Source: Candidatus Poribacteria bacterium (lineage in GTDB: Bacteria > Poribacteria > WGA-4E > WGA-3G). Taken from it: a stretch of DNA of 64,000 nt. The translations under genes and the position numbers were made by a program. Location of the stretch: positions 4,096,001 through 4,160,000 of the forward strand of contig OZ240248.1 of NCBI GenBank assembly GCA_965198235.1, read 5' to 3'. Positions 61,569-64,000 of the stretch are shown here, piece after piece (within the stretch, counting starts at the first letter, position 1; each line of letters opens with the position of its first letter). Below the pieces are notes generated by a model that had not been told where the DNA came from, made no database searches, and saw only the letters and a program-made list of their open reading frames with translations.

Positions 61569-63686
61569 GTGGCGAACAAAAAAAATAGCGACCCACAACG
61601 CTTAGAACTGCCCCACATGCGAAATATCGGCATCATGGCACACATTGATGCCGGGAAGACCACTGTCAGCGAACGCATTCTCTATTATACCGGTAGAGTC
61701 TATCGGATCGGGGACGTAGACGATGGCACCACAACTATGGACTGGATGGTGCAAGAACAGGAACGCGGCATTACGATTACTGCCGCCGCAACAACCTGTC
61801 AGTGGAAAAAACACCAAATCAATATCATTGATACACCGGGGCATATTGACTTTACCGTCGAAGTTGAACGCTCACTTCGCGTCCTCGACGGTGCAGTCGC
61901 GGTTTTCTGCGCAGTCGGCGGGGTTGAACCTCAATCTGAAACTGTTTGGAGACAAGCAGATAAATACGACATACCTCGAATCGCATTTGTCAACAAAATG
62001 GATCGAACCGGTGCCGATTTCTTCCGCACTGTTGAAATGATGGAAGAACGCCTCGGTGCCACAGCCATCCCAGTGCAACTTCCAATCGGTTCAGCAGAAC
62101 AATTCACAGGTATCGTAGACCTCATCTCCATGAAAGGGCAGATCTGGAACGTAGGAACAGACGCTGGTAGCGATGGCACTGTCATCCAAGAGACAGACAT
62201 CCCCAAGGAAATGGAGGAAATGGCAACCGAATACCGCGATCGGATGTTAGAGGCTATCGCCGATTACGATGACGAACTTATAGATAAATACTTGGACGGT
62301 GTCGAAGCTTCACCTGAAGAGATTAAAGCAGGAATACGAAATGCTGTAATTGTTGGCAAAGTCGTCCCAATCCTGTGCGGAACTGCTCTAAAAAATAAAG
62401 GCGTACAACCCCTCTTAGACGCGATTGTCTCCTATCTACCCGCACCCACCGACATGCCACCTGTCGTAGGGTTTAACCCGAAGACCGAAGAAGAGGAAGC
62501 GCGTCCCCCAAATGATAATGAACCTTTCTGTGCATTGGCGTTCAAGATTACCACAGATCCACACGTCGGCAAACTTACTTATCTGCGTGTGTACTCCGGC
62601 ATCCTCAATAAAGGGAATACCGTCTACAACAGTAAAACTGGGAAACACGAACGAATTGGGCGGCTCATGCAGATGCACGCCAACAAACGGGAAGAACACC
62701 AAGCCGTTCACGCAGGCGACATCGCCGCTGTAATCGGGTTAAAAGACCTCTCAACTGGTGATACACTCTGCGATCCGAAGGCACATATCACATTAGAAAC
62801 GATGGTGTTCCCGCTGCCGGTGATGGCTATCGCCATTGAGCCCCGCACACAATCTGATATTGACAAACTCAACCTCGCCCTCTCGAAACTCGCTGAAGAA
62901 GATCCGACATTTAAAGTGCATCAAGACAGCGAAACAGGACAAACATTATTGTCCGGTATGGGTGAACTTCATCTTGAAATCATCGTCGATAGGCTCGTGC
63001 GTGAGTTTAACGTCTCCGCGAATGTTGGTAACCCACAAGTCGCCTATCGGGAAACGATCCTCAAAGCAGTTAAGTCTGTGGGACGTTTCATACGTCAATC
63101 TGGTGGTAGAGGTCAATTTGGGCACGTTGTGATCGAGGTTGAACCCATGGAAAAAGGGACAGGCTTTGAGTTCATTGACGCAACCAAAGGTGGCGTTATT
63201 CCGCAAGAATACATCCCAGCAGTCCGGAAAGGCATTGAGAACGCGATGAATACGGGTGTCTTGGCTGGCTACCCAGTTGTTGATGTATCAGTAAAACTGG
63301 TAGACGGTTCGCATCACGCCGTAGACTCATCAGAAATGGCGTTCTTCATCGCTGGTTCGATGGCGTTTAAAGACGCATTGAAGCGTGCGACCCCGACACT
63401 CCTTGAACCAATTATGGACGTTGAGGTTATCGTCCCCGACGAATACCTCGGTAAAGTGATAGGTGATTTGAATTCGCGGCGGGCACAGATACGTCAGACA
63501 GAAACGCAAGCGAAATCTCGTATTCAAGTTATTCATGTTGATGTCCCTCTCTCAGAAATGTTTGGGTACGTCAAAACCCTTAGGTCCCTCACACAGGGCA
63601 GAGCGAACTACTCTATGGAGTTTGCACATTATAACGAAGTCCCGACAAGCGTGATGGAAGACTTAATTTCATCAGCGAATCGTTAA
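61569..63686 (+). CDS. fusA: Elongation factor G
   Basis: [36 protein letters not shown]; GTG start after SD AAGGAG. Confidence 0.98.
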   Translation: MANKKNSDPQRLELPHMRNIGIMAHIDAGKTTVSERILYYTGRVYRIGDVDDGTTTMDWMVQEQERGITITAAATTCQWKKHQINIIDTPGHIDFTVEVERSLRVLDGAVAVFCAVGGVEPQSETVWRQADKYDIPRIAFVNKMDRTGADFFRTVEMMEERLGATAIPVQLPIGSAEQFTGIVDLISMKGQIWNVGTDAGSDGTVIQETDIPKEMEEMATEYRDRMLEAIADYDDELIDKYLDGVEASPEEIKAGIRNAVIVGKVVPILCGTALKNKGVQPLLDAIVSYLPAPTDMPPVVGFNPKTEEEEARPPNDNEPFCALAFKITTDPHVGKLTYLRVYSGILNKGNTVYNSKTGKHERIGRLMQMHANKREEHQAVHAGDIAAVIGLKDLSTGDTLCDPKAHITLETMVFPLPVMAIAIEPRTQSDIDKLNLALSKLAEEDPTFKVHQDSETGQTLLSGMGELHLEIIVDRLVREFNVSANVGNPQVAYRETILKAVKSVGRFIRQSGGRGQFGHVVIEVEPMEKGTGFEFIDATKGGVIPQEYIPAVRKGIENAMNTGVLAGYPVVDVSVKLVDGSHHAVDSSEMAFFIAGSMAFKDALKRATPTLLEPIMDVEVIVPDEYLGKVIGDLNSRRAQIRQTETQAKSRIQVIHVDVPLSEMFGYVKTLRSLTQGRANYSMEFAHYNEVPTSVMEDLISSANR

Positions 63687-63728
63687 TAAGTAGTTGTAAA
63701 TAAGTAGTTGTAAATAAGTAGTTGTAAA
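63685..63728 (+). repeat. 14-bp tandem repeat x3 (AATAAGTAGTTGTA)
   Basis: Directly visible after the fusA stop. Confidence 0.9.
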
Positions 63729-63919
63729 GTGTCCGAACTGTGGGAGTGTTCACTTCCCATAAGCGGACACAGGATTTGGTTAAACGGTGTGTTCGGACAT
63801 CAAAACGTTTGAACACCTTATAGAAACGGGAATGCGCAGTTTTACAGTTATAGTGAAAATACTGGAAACCGCGTCTACAACGCCCTCAATAATAAACTTT
63901 TAGTGGAGCTCGGACAAAA

Positions 63920-64000
63920 ATGGCTAAGGAAACATTTGATAGGAATAAGCCACACGTCAATGTTGGAACAATCGGCCACGTTGACCACGGTAAAACAACG
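63920..64000 (+). CDS. tuf: Elongation factor Tu (5' part; runs off the window)
   Basis: [27 protein letters not shown]. Confidence 0.97.
   Translation, partial: MAKETFDRNKPHVNVGTIGHVDHGKTT

Overview
This is a bacterial chromosomal window, most likely from Candidatus Poribacteria (sponge symbiont). That call is inferred from lineage-typical content: a LamG protein ending in 'AVEPxGKLxTxWGxIK', LRR/cohesin/dockerin/FlgD-Ig proteins, several PhyH paralogs, and dense REP/MITE and heptamer repeats. From left to right: (1) the tail of a defence island with sspC-like ATPase, sspD-like PAPS-reductase and a type ISP/IIG-like R-M gene flanked by two copies of a ~220-250 bp promoter-plus-hairpin repeat; (2) two PhyH paralogs with an HxG iron motif, an ankyrin-AAC(3) fusion, and TPR and LamG genes; (3) an RDD/SpoIIM/DUF58/MoxR/DUF4350/DUF4129 cluster with decayed paralogs; (4) envelope and transport genes; (5) infA-rsgA-GNAT followed by an attenuator-like leader, micro-ORFs and a sigma-region-4-only protein; (6) a lipoprotein/hypothetical block; (7) a membrane-fused ECF sigma factor whose dockerin appears cut off by a MITE, next to a heme-c/LRR/cohesin/dockerin protein; (8) tRNA-Arg(CCG) and an IS605-type element with an in-frame RuvC-deleted TnpB; (9) dut-thyA-folA, nagA and the rpsL-rpsG-fusA-tuf operon, where S12 carries substitutions at classic streptomycin-resistance positions. 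All family assignments come from motif recognition by eye. No database search was run.
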